Origin: Candidatus Aldehydirespirator sp.
GTDB lineage: Bacteria; Actinomycetota; Acidimicrobiia; Acidimicrobiales; Aldehydirespiratoraceae
Reading direction: 5' to 3'
Length of the DNA stretch: 64,000 nucleotides
NCBI GenBank assembly: GCA_965220485.1
Contig: OZ244832.1
Coordinates: 481,943-545,942, forward strand
The translations under genes were made by a program, and so were the position numbers. Under the pieces are notes generated by a model. That model was not told the DNA's origin. It did not search any database and saw only the letters and a list, made by a program, of their open reading frames with translations. This document shows positions 1-9,367 of this stretch, piece by piece (positions within the stretch are counted from its first letter, which is position 1; each line of letters begins with the position of its first letter).

Positions 1-62
1 TGCTGTTGGTTGGCGGCGTGGCGCTGGTGCGCGACATTCTCGACCCCGTCAGCTTCGGCTAG
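1..62 (+). CDS. 3' end of an upstream gene (partial); hydrophobic tail ...LLVGGVALVRDILDPVSFG*
   Basis: Open frame runs off the left edge, stop TAG 60-62. The slot upstream of ispG is often an RseP/Rip1-type site-2 protease in actinobacteria, but 20 aa cannot confirm this. Confidence 0.3.
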   Translation, partial: LLVGGVALVRDILDPVSFG

Positions 63-104
63 ACCCCATCGAGCGCTTCACCAGATTCGGATAGACTCGC
101 CATC

Positions 105-1346
105 GTGAAGGTCACGGCACAATTTCCGCGGCGAGACACTCGACAGATCATGGTCGGAACGGTCCCGGTCGGCGGTGGCGCGCCGGTGACCGTGCAGTCG
201 ATGACGGTCACCAAGACGGCTGACTACGAGGCCACTCTCCAGCAGATCTACGCGCTGGCAGCCGCAGGCGCCGACATCGTGCGCTGCACCTGCAACAAGC
301 CCGAGGCCGCGGAGGGTCTTGCCCGCATCGTGCCGCGCTCGCCGGTGCCGATCGTCGCCGACATCCACAACAACTATCGGATGGCGCTGGCCGCGCTGGA
401 GGCTGGGGTGCACTGCCTGCGCCTGAACCCCGGCAACATCCGCAGGCCCGAGCACATCAAAGCCGTGGCCCGGGAGTGCAGGGACCGCGGCGTGCCGATC
501 CGCATCGGAGTCAACGGAGGGTCGCTCGATCCCGACCTGTACGACTCCGAACTGGGAGTGACGCCCGAGGCGATGGTGGCCTCCGCGATGCGCGAGCTCG
601 CCTACTTCGACGATGTCGGGTTCGACCGGGTGAAGATCTCGGTGAAGGCGTCGAGCGTTCCGCTCATGATCGAGGCGTACCGGCAGCTCGCCGACGCGAC
701 AGACCATCCACTGCACCTCGGGGTGACCGAGGCCGGACCCCCGCCTGCCGGGACCATCAAGTCGACAGCCGGAATAGCCTCTCTGCTCACCGAGGGCATC
801 GGTGACACGATCCGTTATTCGCTGACCACCGATCCGGTTGAGGAGGCTCGGGCCGGCCGGCAGTTGCTGGAGGCGCTCGGCCTGCGTGAGCGCCGCAACG
901 TTGACCTGATCGCCTGCCCCAGCTGCGGGCGGGCCGAGGTGGACGTGTTCGGGGTGGCCCAGCGGGCCATGGAGGCCTTCGGCGAGCGTCGCATACCGCT
1001 TCAGGTGGCCGTGATGGGCTGTGTCGTGAACGGTCCAGGCGAAGCCCGTCACGCCGACCTCGGCATCGCCGCAGGGAACCGCCGGGGACACCTGTTCGTG
1101 AAGGGCGAGAACGTGGCGGTGGTGGCCGAGGACGCGATGGTGGACGCTCTGGTCGAATGGGCCGAGTTCATCTGTGAGCACGGCTCCGAGGCCGCACTCG
1201 AGCGGGCCAAGGAGACGCGTGCCTCAGCTAGGCGTGCGGCCGAGGAGGATCGCCGCCGCAACCTCGATGAGCTCGGTGACGATGCCAACAACTCAGAGGC
1301 CGTGGTGGCGGGCATCCGGCGCAAGGGGGGCCTCTCGAACCCGTAG
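105..1346 (+). CDS. ispG: 4-hydroxy-3-methylbut-2-en-1-yl diphosphate synthase (IspG/GcpE)
   Basis: Full-length 413-aa ORF (GTG start) with typical IspG sequence: VGGGAPVTVQSMT, RLNPGNI, ACPSCGR, VMGCVVNGPGE. Confidence 0.95.
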   Translation: MKVTAQFPRRDTRQIMVGTVPVGGGAPVTVQSMTVTKTADYEATLQQIYALAAAGADIVRCTCNKPEAAEGLARIVPRSPVPIVADIHNNYRMALAALEAGVHCLRLNPGNIRRPEHIKAVARECRDRGVPIRIGVNGGSLDPDLYDSELGVTPEAMVASAMRELAYFDDVGFDRVKISVKASSVPLMIEAYRQLADATDHPLHLGVTEAGPPPAGTIKSTAGIASLLTEGIGDTIRYSLTTDPVEEARAGRQLLEALGLRERRNVDLIACPSCGRAEVDVFGVAQRAMEAFGERRIPLQVAVMGCVVNGPGEARHADLGIAAGNRRGHLFVKGENVAVVAEDAMVDALVEWAEFICEHGSEAALERAKETRASARRAAEEDRRRNLDELGDDANNSEAVVAGIRRKGGLSNP

Positions 1347-1384
1347 AACGGGTATACTGGCGGCACGTTCGATTCTTCGGAAGC

Positions 1385-1406
1385 GGCGTGGGCTCGTGCC
1401 CACGCC
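1385..1406 (+). terminator. Stem-loop between ispG and rimP (GGCGTGGGC-tcgt-GCCCACGCC)
   Basis: Perfect 9-bp stem with a 4-nt loop, 40 nt after the ispG stop. There is no U-tract, so it would be an I-shaped terminator at best. Confidence 0.3.
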
Positions 1407-1464
1407 GTTGCCGGTTCGGGGCACCAACCCGAGCAAACTCGAGAGCAGAATTCCAGGGAATATC

Positions 1465-1968
1465 ATGGCGATCGTCGATCGCGTCCGCGAACTCGTTGCC
1501 CCGATGGCAGAGGCCGCCTCGGTGGATCTGTATGACGTCGAGCATCACGGCGGCACGGTCCGGATCCTCGTCGACACCGACGGTGGCATTGAGCTCGATG
1601 CCATCGCCCGGCTGTCGCGGTCGGTGAGCCGTGCCCTCGATGAGCACGATCTCATACCGGGCCGGTACACGCTGGAGGTCTCGAGCCCCGGCTTGGAGCG
1701 TCCATTGCGCACCCCCGAGCACTTTCGCCGTGCTACCGGATCTGAAGTGAGGGTGAAGACCCTCGCCGGCTTCGACGGGCCGCGCCGGCTGACGGGAACA
1801 TTGGAGGCGGTGGCCGACGACGGCGTCGAGCTGCGCAGCAGCGACGGCGAGTTGTGCCGCATCGCCTTCGAGCAGTTGGCATCGGCCCGCACAGTCTTCG
1901 ATTGGGGACCGGGCCGGCACCAACCAAACCAGCCCCAGGGACGAGATCACAGGGAGGCGAAGCGATGA
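1465..1968 (+). CDS. rimP: Ribosome maturation factor RimP
   Basis: MAIVDRVRELV...YTLEVSSPGLERPL motif. The stop overlaps the nusA ATG (ATGA). Canonical rimP-nusA-infB order. Confidence 0.9.
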   Translation: MAIVDRVRELVAPMAEAASVDLYDVEHHGGTVRILVDTDGGIELDAIARLSRSVSRALDEHDLIPGRYTLEVSSPGLERPLRTPEHFRRATGSEVRVKTLAGFDGPRRLTGTLEAVADDGVELRSSDGELCRIAFEQLASARTVFDWGPGRHQPNQPQGRDHREAKR

Positions 1969-3137
1969 ACGCAGAGATGATGGAGGCGCTCCAGGCGATG
2001 GCGGCCGAGCGGGGGATAACGGTCGATGCGCTGTTTGCGGCCCTGGCCGACGCCTTGGAGTCCGCCTACAAGCGAATGCCCGACGCCAAGGAGTATGCCT
2101 GGGTCACGATTGATCCCTCCACTATGGAGTTCCACGTGCTGGCCCAGGATCTGGATGAGGACGGCAACCCGGTCGGCGAGGAGTACGAGGTGACTCCGGA
2201 CAACTTCGGGCGCATCGCCGCGCAGACTGCCCGCCAGGTCATGACCCAGCGCATCCGCGAGGCGGAGCGGGAGCTGAAGTATGAGGAGTACGCGGGCCGT
2301 GAGGGAGACATCGTCACGGGCATGATCCAGCAGACCGACGCGCGCTACACCCTGCTCGATCTAGGCCGGGTCGAGGCACTGCTGCCCCAGGCAGAGCAGG
2401 TTCCCTACGAACGTCCCGACTCCAACACTCGGCTGAAGGCCTACATCGTCGAGGTTCGCAAGACGGCAAAGGGCCCCCAGATCGTGGTGAGCCGAACCCA
2501 TCCCGGTCTGGTGAAGCGGCTCTTCGAGTTGGAGGTGCCCGAGATCGCTGACGGGATCGTAGAGATCAAGGCATGCGCACGCGAACCGGGCCACCGCACC
2601 AAGATCGCGGTGTTCTCGAACGACCCGAACGTCGATCCGGTGGGTGCGTGCGTGGGGGCTCGGGGAGCGAGGGTGCGCCAGGTCGTCAACGAGTTGCGAG
2701 GCGAGAAGATCGACATCGTGCCGTTCAGCAGCGAGCTCGAGGAGTTCGTGATCAAGGCGTTGTCACCGGCCAGGATCAAGGAGGTCCGCCCCAACGAGCT
2801 GACCGGAGACTGCGACGTGATCGTCCCCGACTACCAGCTGTCGCTCGCCATTGGCAAGGAGGGCCAGAACGCTCGCCTGGCCAGCCGGCTGACCGGCTGG
2901 GGCATCAATATCAAGAGCGAGTCCCAGCTGGCCGAGGAGGCGGCTTACGGCGAGGTGGAATGGGCGGAGGGAGAGTGGATCATCGATCCCGAGACAGGAG
3001 AGCAACTGTGGCGGCCGGCTGACGGCGGCGAGGCGGTCAGCGCTGAGGCGTGGGCCGCAGCCATGGCGCAGGACGAGGTCGAGGACTCCAACTCGGAGGA
3101 AGTCACCCCCGCGGCGGAGCAGGCGGAGAGCAGCTGA
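1965..3137 (+). CDS. nusA: Transcription termination/antitermination factor NusA
   Basis: S1 and KH domain sequence ([10 protein letters not shown]..., [39 protein letters not shown]). ATG at 1965 is coupled to the rimP stop. Confidence 0.95.
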   Translation: MNAEMMEALQAMAAERGITVDALFAALADALESAYKRMPDAKEYAWVTIDPSTMEFHVLAQDLDEDGNPVGEEYEVTPDNFGRIAAQTARQVMTQRIREAERELKYEEYAGREGDIVTGMIQQTDARYTLLDLGRVEALLPQAEQVPYERPDSNTRLKAYIVEVRKTAKGPQIVVSRTHPGLVKRLFELEVPEIADGIVEIKACAREPGHRTKIAVFSNDPNVDPVGACVGARGARVRQVVNELRGEKIDIVPFSSELEEFVIKALSPARIKEVRPNELTGDCDVIVPDYQLSLAIGKEGQNARLASRLTGWGINIKSESQLAEEAAYGEVEWAEGEWIIDPETGEQLWRPADGGEAVSAEAWAAAMAQDEVEDSNSEEVTPAAEQAESS

Positions 3138-3421
3138 GCCCGATCCGCACCTGTATCGGCTGCCGCACCCGCCGCCCGGGTGCGGAGATGCGGCGCGTGG
3201 GCGTGGGCCCGGACGGCGCGCTGGTTGTCGGGCCAGGCCCTGGGCGGGGCGCCTGGCTGTGCCAGGACATGGCCTGCTTCGACTCGGCCGAGCGCCGGCG
3301 AGCCTTCGGACGGGCCTTGCGGGCTGATGTGAAGCCGAGCGAGATCGCTAGGCTTCGGGAAGCGTGGCCGTCGCGCCCGGGGAGCGCTCCCGGGCCGAGT
3401 GGCCGCGCTGGCCGGTCCTGA
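3050..3421 (+). CDS. ylxR: YlxR/DUF448 family RNA-binding protein
   Basis: Conserved IRTCIGCR...GRGAWLC motif in the nusA-infB gap. The only ATG upstream of the motif is at 3050, overlapping the nusA 3' end, so the true start is uncertain (a CTG lies near 3134). Confidence 0.75.
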   Translation: MGRSHGAGRGRGLQLGGSHPRGGAGGEQLSPIRTCIGCRTRRPGAEMRRVGVGPDGALVVGPGPGRGAWLCQDMACFDSAERRRAFGRALRADVKPSEIARLREAWPSRPGSAPGPSGRAGRS

Positions 3422-3433
3422 AGGGGGCAAGCG

Positions 3434-6400
3434 TTGCCAGGCAAGATCCGCGTCCATGAGCTCGCCAAAGAGCTCGGGTTGTCAAATCAGGAGACGCTCG
3501 ATCTTTGCGTCGCGCTCAGCATCGGAGTGAAGTCGCATTCCTCGAGCATTGTCGAGGCCCAGGCTGACCGCGTCCGGCGAAGGGCGGAACGCGACGGCCT
3601 GTTGAAGCCTCCTCCGCCTCCTCCGCCCCCGCCCCCTCCACCCCCGGTCGAAGTCGTGGAGCCGGAGACTAAGAAACCGCAAGCCACCAAGCCGGTCGCC
3701 ACCAAGCCGGTCGCCACCAAGCCGGTCGCCACCAAGCCGGTCGCCACCAAGCCGGTCGCCACCAAGCCGGTCGCCACCAAGCCGGTCGCCACCAAGCCGC
3801 AAGCCACCAAGCCGCAAGCCACCAAGCCGCAAGCCACCAAGCCGCAAGCCACCAAGCCGCAAGCCACCAAGCCGCAAGCCACCAAGCCGCAAGCCACCAA
3901 GCCGCAAGCCACCAAGCCGCAAGCCACCAAGCCGCAAGCCACCAAGCCGCAAGCCACCAAGCCGCAAGCCACCAAGCCGGTCGCGGAGGCTGCCCGTTCC
4001 GAGCCCACCGCCGCCCCTGCGAAGCCCGCCCCTGCGAAGCCCGCCCCTGCGAAGCCCGCCCCTGCGAAGCCCGCCGCTGAGGTGCCCGACTCCCGGATGC
4101 CGCTGCCGGACGCGCCAGACTCGGCGACCGCACCGCCCGTCGCGGCGAGATTGCAGGTGGATGAACCCGCCGCGGCGAAGCCCAAGGTGACGATCTCCTC
4201 CAGCGGTAGCGTCGCTCCGGCCAAAAGAACCACAAGAGACGAGCCCCAGCCGGTGTCGGAGGAGCAGGCGCCGCCGAAGCCGGCAGGCCGAAGAGTGCAG
4301 GCCAGCGCAGCTCCGACCCGCCCCCTAAAAGCCGGAAGCCCGCCGGTGTCACGGTCTGGCAAGCCGATCCCTCCGCCTCCTCCGCCTCGCCGCCTCCGGC
4401 CTCCGGCCCCTCAGGGCGCCCCCGGCCGTGGTGCTGCGGCCGCCCCTGAACGCCGGCCGGCCGGTCCTGGCGCACGCCCGTCGGGCCCCCGGCCTCCCGC
4501 TGATCGACCGGCTGGCCCTCGCCGGGGCGCGCCTTCGGGAGGTCCTCGCTCGCTCGGCGGGGCCCGTCCTGCGATGCCCGGACCTCCGGGCCGGCCTGCG
4601 GGCAGAGGCGCTCCCGGCGGTGCCCAGCGGCGTCCGCCCCGACGCAAGAGCCGCAGGCGCCGCGTGCGTGAGGAACTCCAGCCGATGGATGTCCCGACGT
4701 ACACGCCGCGCCACGCAGCCGTGCCCGAGGGCGTGGTTGTGGTGGAGCGGGCCTCGGCCGCCCAGGACTTCGGCCCCAAGCTCAATCGCACCGCCGCCGA
4801 CGTGGTCCGCTTCCTGATGCAGCACGGCGAGATGGTCACGGCCACGCAGTCGCTCAGTGACGAGATGATGGAACTCTTCGCGGCGGAGATCGGCGCCGAG
4901 ATGCGTCTCGTCGATCCGGGCGAGGAGCAGGAGGCTGAACTCCGCAAGCTCCTTGGGATCGACGGTGACGAGGCCGGCGGCGGAAGCGAAGCCCCTCTAC
5001 GGCCTCCTGTGGTCACCGTCATGGGCCATGTGGACCACGGCAAGACGCTGCTGCTGGACCGTATCCGCAACGCCAACGTGGTTGATGGCGAGGCGGGCGG
5101 GATCACGCAGCACATCGGCGCCTATCAGGTCGAGCGCAATGATCGGACGCTCACATTCATAGACACGCCGGGCCACGAAGCGTTCACCGCCATGCGGGCC
5201 CGGGGAGCAAGCGCCACAGACATCGTGGTGCTGGTCGTGGCCGCCGACGACGGCGTGATGCCCCAGACGATCGAAGCCATCAACCACGCCAAGGCGGCAG
5301 GCGTTCCCATCGTGGTGGCGGTCAACAAGATCGACCGTCCCAACGCGGATCCACAGAGGACGGTCGCCGGAGTGGCCGAGCAGGGGCTGGTTCCGGAGTC
5401 CTGGGGCGGAGAGACGATCTACTGCGAGATTTCGGCACTGACCGGCGAGGGGATCGAGGACCTGCTGGACCAGGTACTGCTGGTAGCTGAGGTCGAGGAT
5501 CTGCGGGCCTCGCCCGAGGGTCGAGCAGGCGGGGTTGTGCTCGAGTCGAACCTCGACATCGGGCGGGGCCCCGTGGCCACCGTGCTGGTGCAGCGGGGCA
5601 CGCTGCGCATAGGCGATCCGGTGGTCGCAGGGGCGTCGTGGGGACGTATCCGGGCTCTGCTCGACGACCGGGGCGAGGGCGTCACCGCGGCTGCTCCGTC
5701 GACCCCGATCCAGGTTCTGGGCTTGTCGGAGGTTGCCATCGCGGGCGACGCCTTCGCGGTGGCCCCCAACGAGAAGGTCGCCGGGCGGGTTGCCGACACC
5801 CGTGAGCACTGGCAGCGCTTGTCGAGCCTGGGCCGCGAGGCTCACGCCCTGTCCGGCGGGGCCAAGCTCGAAGATCTGTTCACCCGGATCCGGCGCGGCG
5901 AGACTGCAACCCTCAACGCGATCGTGAAAGCCGACGTGAATGGCTCGCTCGAAGCGGTCACCGGGAGCCTCCGCAAGCTGGAGACCGGCGATGTCCGCAT
6001 CGCTATCGTGCATCGCGGCGTCGGGGGCATCACCGAGAACGACATCCAGCTCGCATCCGCCTCGAACGCGACCATCATCGGGTTCAACGTTCGGCCCGAC
6101 CGCAAGGCCCGCGAGGCCGCCGATGCCGAGAACGTCGAGATCCGCACCTATGAGATCATCTACAAGCTGCTCGAGGACGTGTCGTCGGCCATGGTCGGGA
6201 TGCTCGCCCCCGACATCGAGGAGATCGTGACCGGCGACGCCGAGGTACGTCAGGTCTTCCGCATCCCCCGGGTCGGGGCGGTGGCAGGCTGCTACGTGCA
6301 GAACGGCACGATCACCCGGGGATCGAAGGTGAGGTTCCTGCGCGACGGGGCGATCATCTGGAAGGGGACCATCACGTCGCTCAAGCGCTTCACCGACGAT

Positions 6401-6523
6401 GTCCGCGAGGTTCACTCCGGCTTTGAGTGCGGCATAGGCCTGAGCAACTTCCAGGACCTCAAGGCGGGCGACATCATCGAGACCTTCGAAGAGCGAGAGG
6501 TGGCCCGAACCCTCGAAGGGTGA
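3434..6523 (+). CDS. infB: Translation initiation factor IF-2 with an expanded low-complexity N-terminal region
   Basis: TTG start. N-terminal IF2_N ([11 protein letters not shown]), GTPase motifs ([17 protein letters not shown]) and the C-terminal IF-2 domain. Confidence 0.95.
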   Translation: MPGKIRVHELAKELGLSNQETLDLCVALSIGVKSHSSSIVEAQADRVRRRAERDGLLKPPPPPPPPPPPPPVEVVEPETKKPQATKPVATKPVATKPVATKPVATKPVATKPVATKPVATKPQATKPQATKPQATKPQATKPQATKPQATKPQATKPQATKPQATKPQATKPQATKPQATKPVAEAARSEPTAAPAKPAPAKPAPAKPAPAKPAAEVPDSRMPLPDAPDSATAPPVAARLQVDEPAAAKPKVTISSSGSVAPAKRTTRDEPQPVSEEQAPPKPAGRRVQASAAPTRPLKAGSPPVSRSGKPIPPPPPPRRLRPPAPQGAPGRGAAAAPERRPAGPGARPSGPRPPADRPAGPRRGAPSGGPRSLGGARPAMPGPPGRPAGRGAPGGAQRRPPRRKSRRRRVREELQPMDVPTYTPRHAAVPEGVVVVERASAAQDFGPKLNRTAADVVRFLMQHGEMVTATQSLSDEMMELFAAEIGAEMRLVDPGEEQEAELRKLLGIDGDEAGGGSEAPLRPPVVTVMGHVDHGKTLLLDRIRNANVVDGEAGGITQHIGAYQVERNDRTLTFIDTPGHEAFTAMRARGASATDIVVLVVAADDGVMPQTIEAINHAKAAGVPIVVAVNKIDRPNADPQRTVAGVAEQGLVPESWGGETIYCEISALTGEGIEDLLDQVLLVAEVEDLRASPEGRAGGVVLESNLDIGRGPVATVLVQRGTLRIGDPVVAGASWGRIRALLDDRGEGVTAAAPSTPIQVLGLSEVAIAGDAFAVAPNEKVAGRVADTREHWQRLSSLGREAHALSGGAKLEDLFTRIRRGETATLNAIVKADVNGSLEAVTGSLRKLETGDVRIAIVHRGVGGITENDIQLASASNATIIGFNVRPDRKAREAADAENVEIRTYEIIYKLLEDVSSAMVGMLAPDIEEIVTGDAEVRQVFRIPRVGAVAGCYVQNGTITRGSKVRFLRDGAIIWKGTITSLKRFTDDVREVHSGFECGIGLSNFQDLKAGDIIETFEEREVARTLEG
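3674..3979 (+). repeat. In-frame 15-bp tandem repeat inside infB (~20 units; KPVAT x7 and KPQAT x13)
   Basis: Directly visible AAGCCGGTCGCCACC and AAGCCGCAAGCCACC units. A Pro12 run lies upstream and 4x PAKPA (4014-4075) downstream. Confidence 0.95.
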
Positions 6524-6550
6524 GGGTCCGGCATCCGGCCCGCAACAACC

Positions 6551-6686
6551 GATGACACGACGAACCCGATGACACCGCGGCACCGATGACACGACGAACG
6601 CGATGACACCGCGGCACCGATGACACGACGAACGCGATGACACGACGAACGCGATGACACCGCGGCACCGATGACACGACGAACCC
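6551..6686 (+). repeat. 17-bp tandem array (8 units) between infB and rbfA
   Basis: Units GATGACACGACGAACSC and GATGACACCGCGGCACC alternate. The last unit contains the rbfA ATG. Confidence 0.95.
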
Positions 6687-7066
6687 GACGCTTGCATCCC
6701 GACCCTCGGGCCGGCCATCGCACCGCCCGGGTGGGCGAGCTCATCAGGCGCATAGTCGCCGAGTCCATGGAGCAGCTGGATGACGACCGTCTGGCCATGG
6801 TGTCCGTGACGGGCGTGGACGTGGACCGGGACCTGCACCGAGCCGTTGTGTGGTTCACCTCGCTCGGCGATACCGAAGAGGGCGATGTCGGCATTGCCGA
6901 GGCCTTCGAGGAGCACGCCAGCAGGCTGCGACGCAGCGTTGGGGATCAGACTCGGTTGCGACGCACGCCGGAGTTGGTGTTCCGTCCGGACACTGTGCTG
7001 CGCTCAGCCGAGCGCATCGAGAGGCTCCTCGACGAGATGGCCGGTGACCCGGATCCCGATAGCTGA
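6671..7066 (+). CDS. rbfA: Ribosome-binding factor A
   Basis: RVGELIRRIVAE...DDRLAMVSVTGVDVDRDLHRAVVWF is typical RbfA, in the infB-rbfA-truB order. The start sits inside the tandem array. Confidence 0.85.
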   Translation: MTRRTRRLHPDPRAGHRTARVGELIRRIVAESMEQLDDDRLAMVSVTGVDVDRDLHRAVVWFTSLGDTEEGDVGIAEAFEEHASRLRRSVGDQTRLRRTPELVFRPDTVLRSAERIERLLDEMAGDPDPDS

Positions 7067-7080
7067 TGTCCCTCGGAGCG

Positions 7081-7222
7081 AGCGCGGGTGGGACTCACCT
7101 CCTCGCGGTGCAAATTCGTATTCCCCGCTCTTGTTCGCTGCGCTCACGGGCCGCTCGGGCCACGGCCTCGCTCAGCGCCCCTGCAAGTCCTCGATGACTC
7201 GCCGCCTATCCGCTCGGCCTCT
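7081..7222 (-). repeat. ~140-bp intergenic repeat family, copy 1 (inverted)
   Basis: Contains the core CCCGCTCTTGTTCGCTGCGCTCACGGGCCGCTCGGGCCACGGCCTCGCTCAG and the end CCTATCCGCTCGGCCTCT. Overlaps the truB start. Confidence 0.85.
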
Positions 7223-8102
7223 GGACGGGGTCGCGGTCATCGACAAGCCCGCGGGGTGGACGAGCCACGACGTGGTGGCCAAGGCGAGGGGGGTGTTAGG
7301 CACCCGAAAGGTGGGCCACAGCGGAACGCTCGATCCTGACGCCACCGGGGTGCTGGTGCTCGGCGTGGGCAGGGCCACACGGCTGCTGCGGTATGTCACC
7401 GAGCTTCCCAAGAGCTACGAAGCGGAGATAGTGCTCGGAACCGAGACCGACACCCTCGACTCGGCGGGACGGGTGACGGCGCGCCACGACATGGCCGGGG
7501 TGAGCGAGCAGCAGGCGCGCCAGGCTGCCGCGGCCCTGACTGGCGCCATCCTCCAGGTGCCGCCCATGGTCTCGGCGGTGAAGGTGGGAGGGAGAAGGCT
7601 TCACGCCCTCGCCCGCGCCGGCGTGGAAGTGGAGCGCGAAGCGCGACCGGTCACCGTCTATCGCTTCGACGTCGCCGGTGTGCCCGGCTGCGAGGGTGTG
7701 CTGCGCGCCGTGGTCGACTGCTCGTCGGGCACCTACGTGCGAGCGCTCGCCGCGGATCTGGGCCGGGCGCTCGGCGGAGGCGCCCACCTGCGGATGCTGC
7801 GCCGCACTGCGGTGGGGAGTTTCGGGCTCGCCGGCGCCCGCTCGGTGGAGTCGGCTGAGGTCCTGCCGATGTCTCGGGCCGTCAAGCACCTCGCGGGCGT
7901 GCGGGTGGACCCGATGGTGGCGGCCGAGGTGGCCAATGGTCGGGTGCTGGACCTCGTCCGCCTTGGTGTTGCCGACGCCCTGGAGGGGGGAACTGCGCCC
8001 GGGCCCTGGGCCGTCCACGACTCCGAAGGCGAACTGCTCGCCGTGTACGAGCGGTTCCGCAACGGCGCGAAGCCAACGGTGGTCGTGACGAGCGCGCCGT
8101 AG
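7194..8102 (+). CDS. truB: tRNA pseudouridine-55 synthase TruB
   Basis: VIDKPAGWTSHDVV...GHSGTLDPDATGVLVLGVG catalytic motif. The long ORF from 6846 reads through the repeat and is not credible. Confidence 0.9.
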   Translation: MTRRLSARPLDGVAVIDKPAGWTSHDVVAKARGVLGTRKVGHSGTLDPDATGVLVLGVGRATRLLRYVTELPKSYEAEIVLGTETDTLDSAGRVTARHDMAGVSEQQARQAAAALTGAILQVPPMVSAVKVGGRRLHALARAGVEVEREARPVTVYRFDVAGVPGCEGVLRAVVDCSSGTYVRALAADLGRALGGGAHLRMLRRTAVGSFGLAGARSVESAEVLPMSRAVKHLAGVRVDPMVAAEVANGRVLDLVRLGVADALEGGTAPGPWAVHDSEGELLAVYERFRNGAKPTVVVTSAP

Positions 8103-8234
8103 CTGTAGGGGACGCCGCGCACGGCAGGCGCGTTGGGCCGATGGCGGCAGGTGTGAGGTAGCCAGCGCGCATCGGTAGCCTTCCAGGTACCGGCCCCGGG
8201 CCCGGAATCGTCACTATCCGCGCTGGAGGCGTCT

Positions 8235-9182
8235 GTGGAGCTGCTGCATGATCGGCGCGATCAACTCCCCCCCATGGTGTCTGTCGCGGCTGCGATAGGC
8301 GTTTTTGACGGAGTGCACCTCGGCCACCAGGAGGTGCTGACCCGGGTCCGGCAGACCGCCGAGCGCCTAGGGGCGGCGTCGGCGGTCGTCACGTTCGACA
8401 CCCACCCGGCTTACGTGGTGCGGCCGGAGAACGCGCCGAAGCTGCTGACAACCCTCGAGCAGAAGCTGGAGCTGCTCGAGGCCCAAGGGCTCGACTACGG
8501 CTACGTGATCCAGTTCGACGAGGCTCGCGCCGGCACCAGGCCGGAGGAGTTCGTGGAGCAGGTCTTCCTCGACGCCCTCCACGCCCGGGCCGTGGTGGTG
8601 GGGGAGGACTTCCACTTCGGCAAGGGCCGCACCGGCAACGTCGCCGAACTGCAGCGCCTGGGACACCAGTGGGGTTTCGAGGTGGTCCCTCTCGAGCTCA
8701 TCCGCCACCGCCACGACGCCCGCGAACCGGTGTCGTCCACCGCGGTGCGCCGGGCTCTGGCCGGCGGCGATGTGGCTCGCGCCGCGGCCATGCTCGGGCG
8801 CTACTACGAAGTGCGCGGCACAGTCGTTCCCGGGGACCGGCGGGGGATGGTGGTCGGATTCCCCACCGCCAACGTGCCGGTTCCCAAGTTCATGGCCTGG
8901 CCGGCCGACGCGGTCTATGCGGGGTGGTGCACGCTGCCGGACGGCAGCCGGCGGGGCTGCGCCATCAACATCGGCCGCCGTCCCACGTTCTACGAGCACG
9001 CTCAGCAGTCCCTCTTGGAGGCCCACGTCATCGACTTCGACGGCGACCTGTACGGATGCGAGGTTCGGGTGGAGTTCGTTGACTTTCTGAGGAGCGAGCG
9101 CAAGTTCGAGGGCATGGAACACCTCTCTGCTCAGCTCGCCATCGATGTGGCCGACGCGCGGCAGCGGCTCGGGCTGGCGTAG
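8235..9182 (+). CDS. ribF: Bifunctional riboflavin kinase / FAD synthetase
   Basis: GVFDGVHLGHQ nucleotidyltransferase motif and a C-terminal riboflavin kinase domain (GFPTANV...EAHVIDFDGDLYG). Confidence 0.9.
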   Translation: MELLHDRRDQLPPMVSVAAAIGVFDGVHLGHQEVLTRVRQTAERLGAASAVVTFDTHPAYVVRPENAPKLLTTLEQKLELLEAQGLDYGYVIQFDEARAGTRPEEFVEQVFLDALHARAVVVGEDFHFGKGRTGNVAELQRLGHQWGFEVVPLELIRHRHDAREPVSSTAVRRALAGGDVARAAAMLGRYYEVRGTVVPGDRRGMVVGFPTANVPVPKFMAWPADAVYAGWCTLPDGSRRGCAINIGRRPTFYEHAQQSLLEAHVIDFDGDLYGCEVRVEFVDFLRSERKFEGMEHLSAQLAIDVADARQRLGLA

Positions 9183-9322
9183 AGGCCGAGCGGACAGGCC
9201 GCAGTTGCATGAGCATTTTGCGACGCGCTGAGCGAGGCCGTGGCCTGAGCGGCCCGTGAGCGCAGCGAACAAGAGCGGGAAACACGACACTGCACCGTGA
9301 GGCGGCATCACCTACCCGCGCG
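9180..9322 (+). repeat. ~140-bp intergenic repeat family, copy 2
   Basis: Starts at the ribF TAG (TAGAGGCCGAGCGGACAGGCCGC) and ends ...CATCACCTACCCGCGCG. Confidence 0.85.
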
Positions 9323-9367
9323 TGTTCTTGGCCAACCGGGTTCTGCAGTTCAGAAACGTTCTGAAGT

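Noticed and set aside
78-1181. Long antisense ORFs opposite ispG, infB (4997-6916), add/helicase (30704-32845), metX (33393-34895), the kinase (14196-15158) and the transposase (58840-60819)
   Set aside because: These are typical stop-codon-poor shadow frames of high-GC DNA. Their translations are Arg/Pro/Gly-rich low-complexity sequence with no motifs, and each lies opposite a confidently identified gene.
6551-6686. CRISPR array interpretation of the tandem arrays at 6551, 16784 and 26012
   Set aside because: The units are contiguous 16-18-bp repeats with no unique spacers, and no cas genes are present in the window. They are mini-satellites, not CRISPR.
6846-8102. Extended 418-aa version of truB starting at 6846
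   Set aside because: The upstream 116 codons overlap the rbfA 3' end and read straight through the ~140-bp repeat, which gives the same pseudo-peptide (FPALVRCAHGPLGPRP-like) in several loci. TruB homology starts only at 7194.
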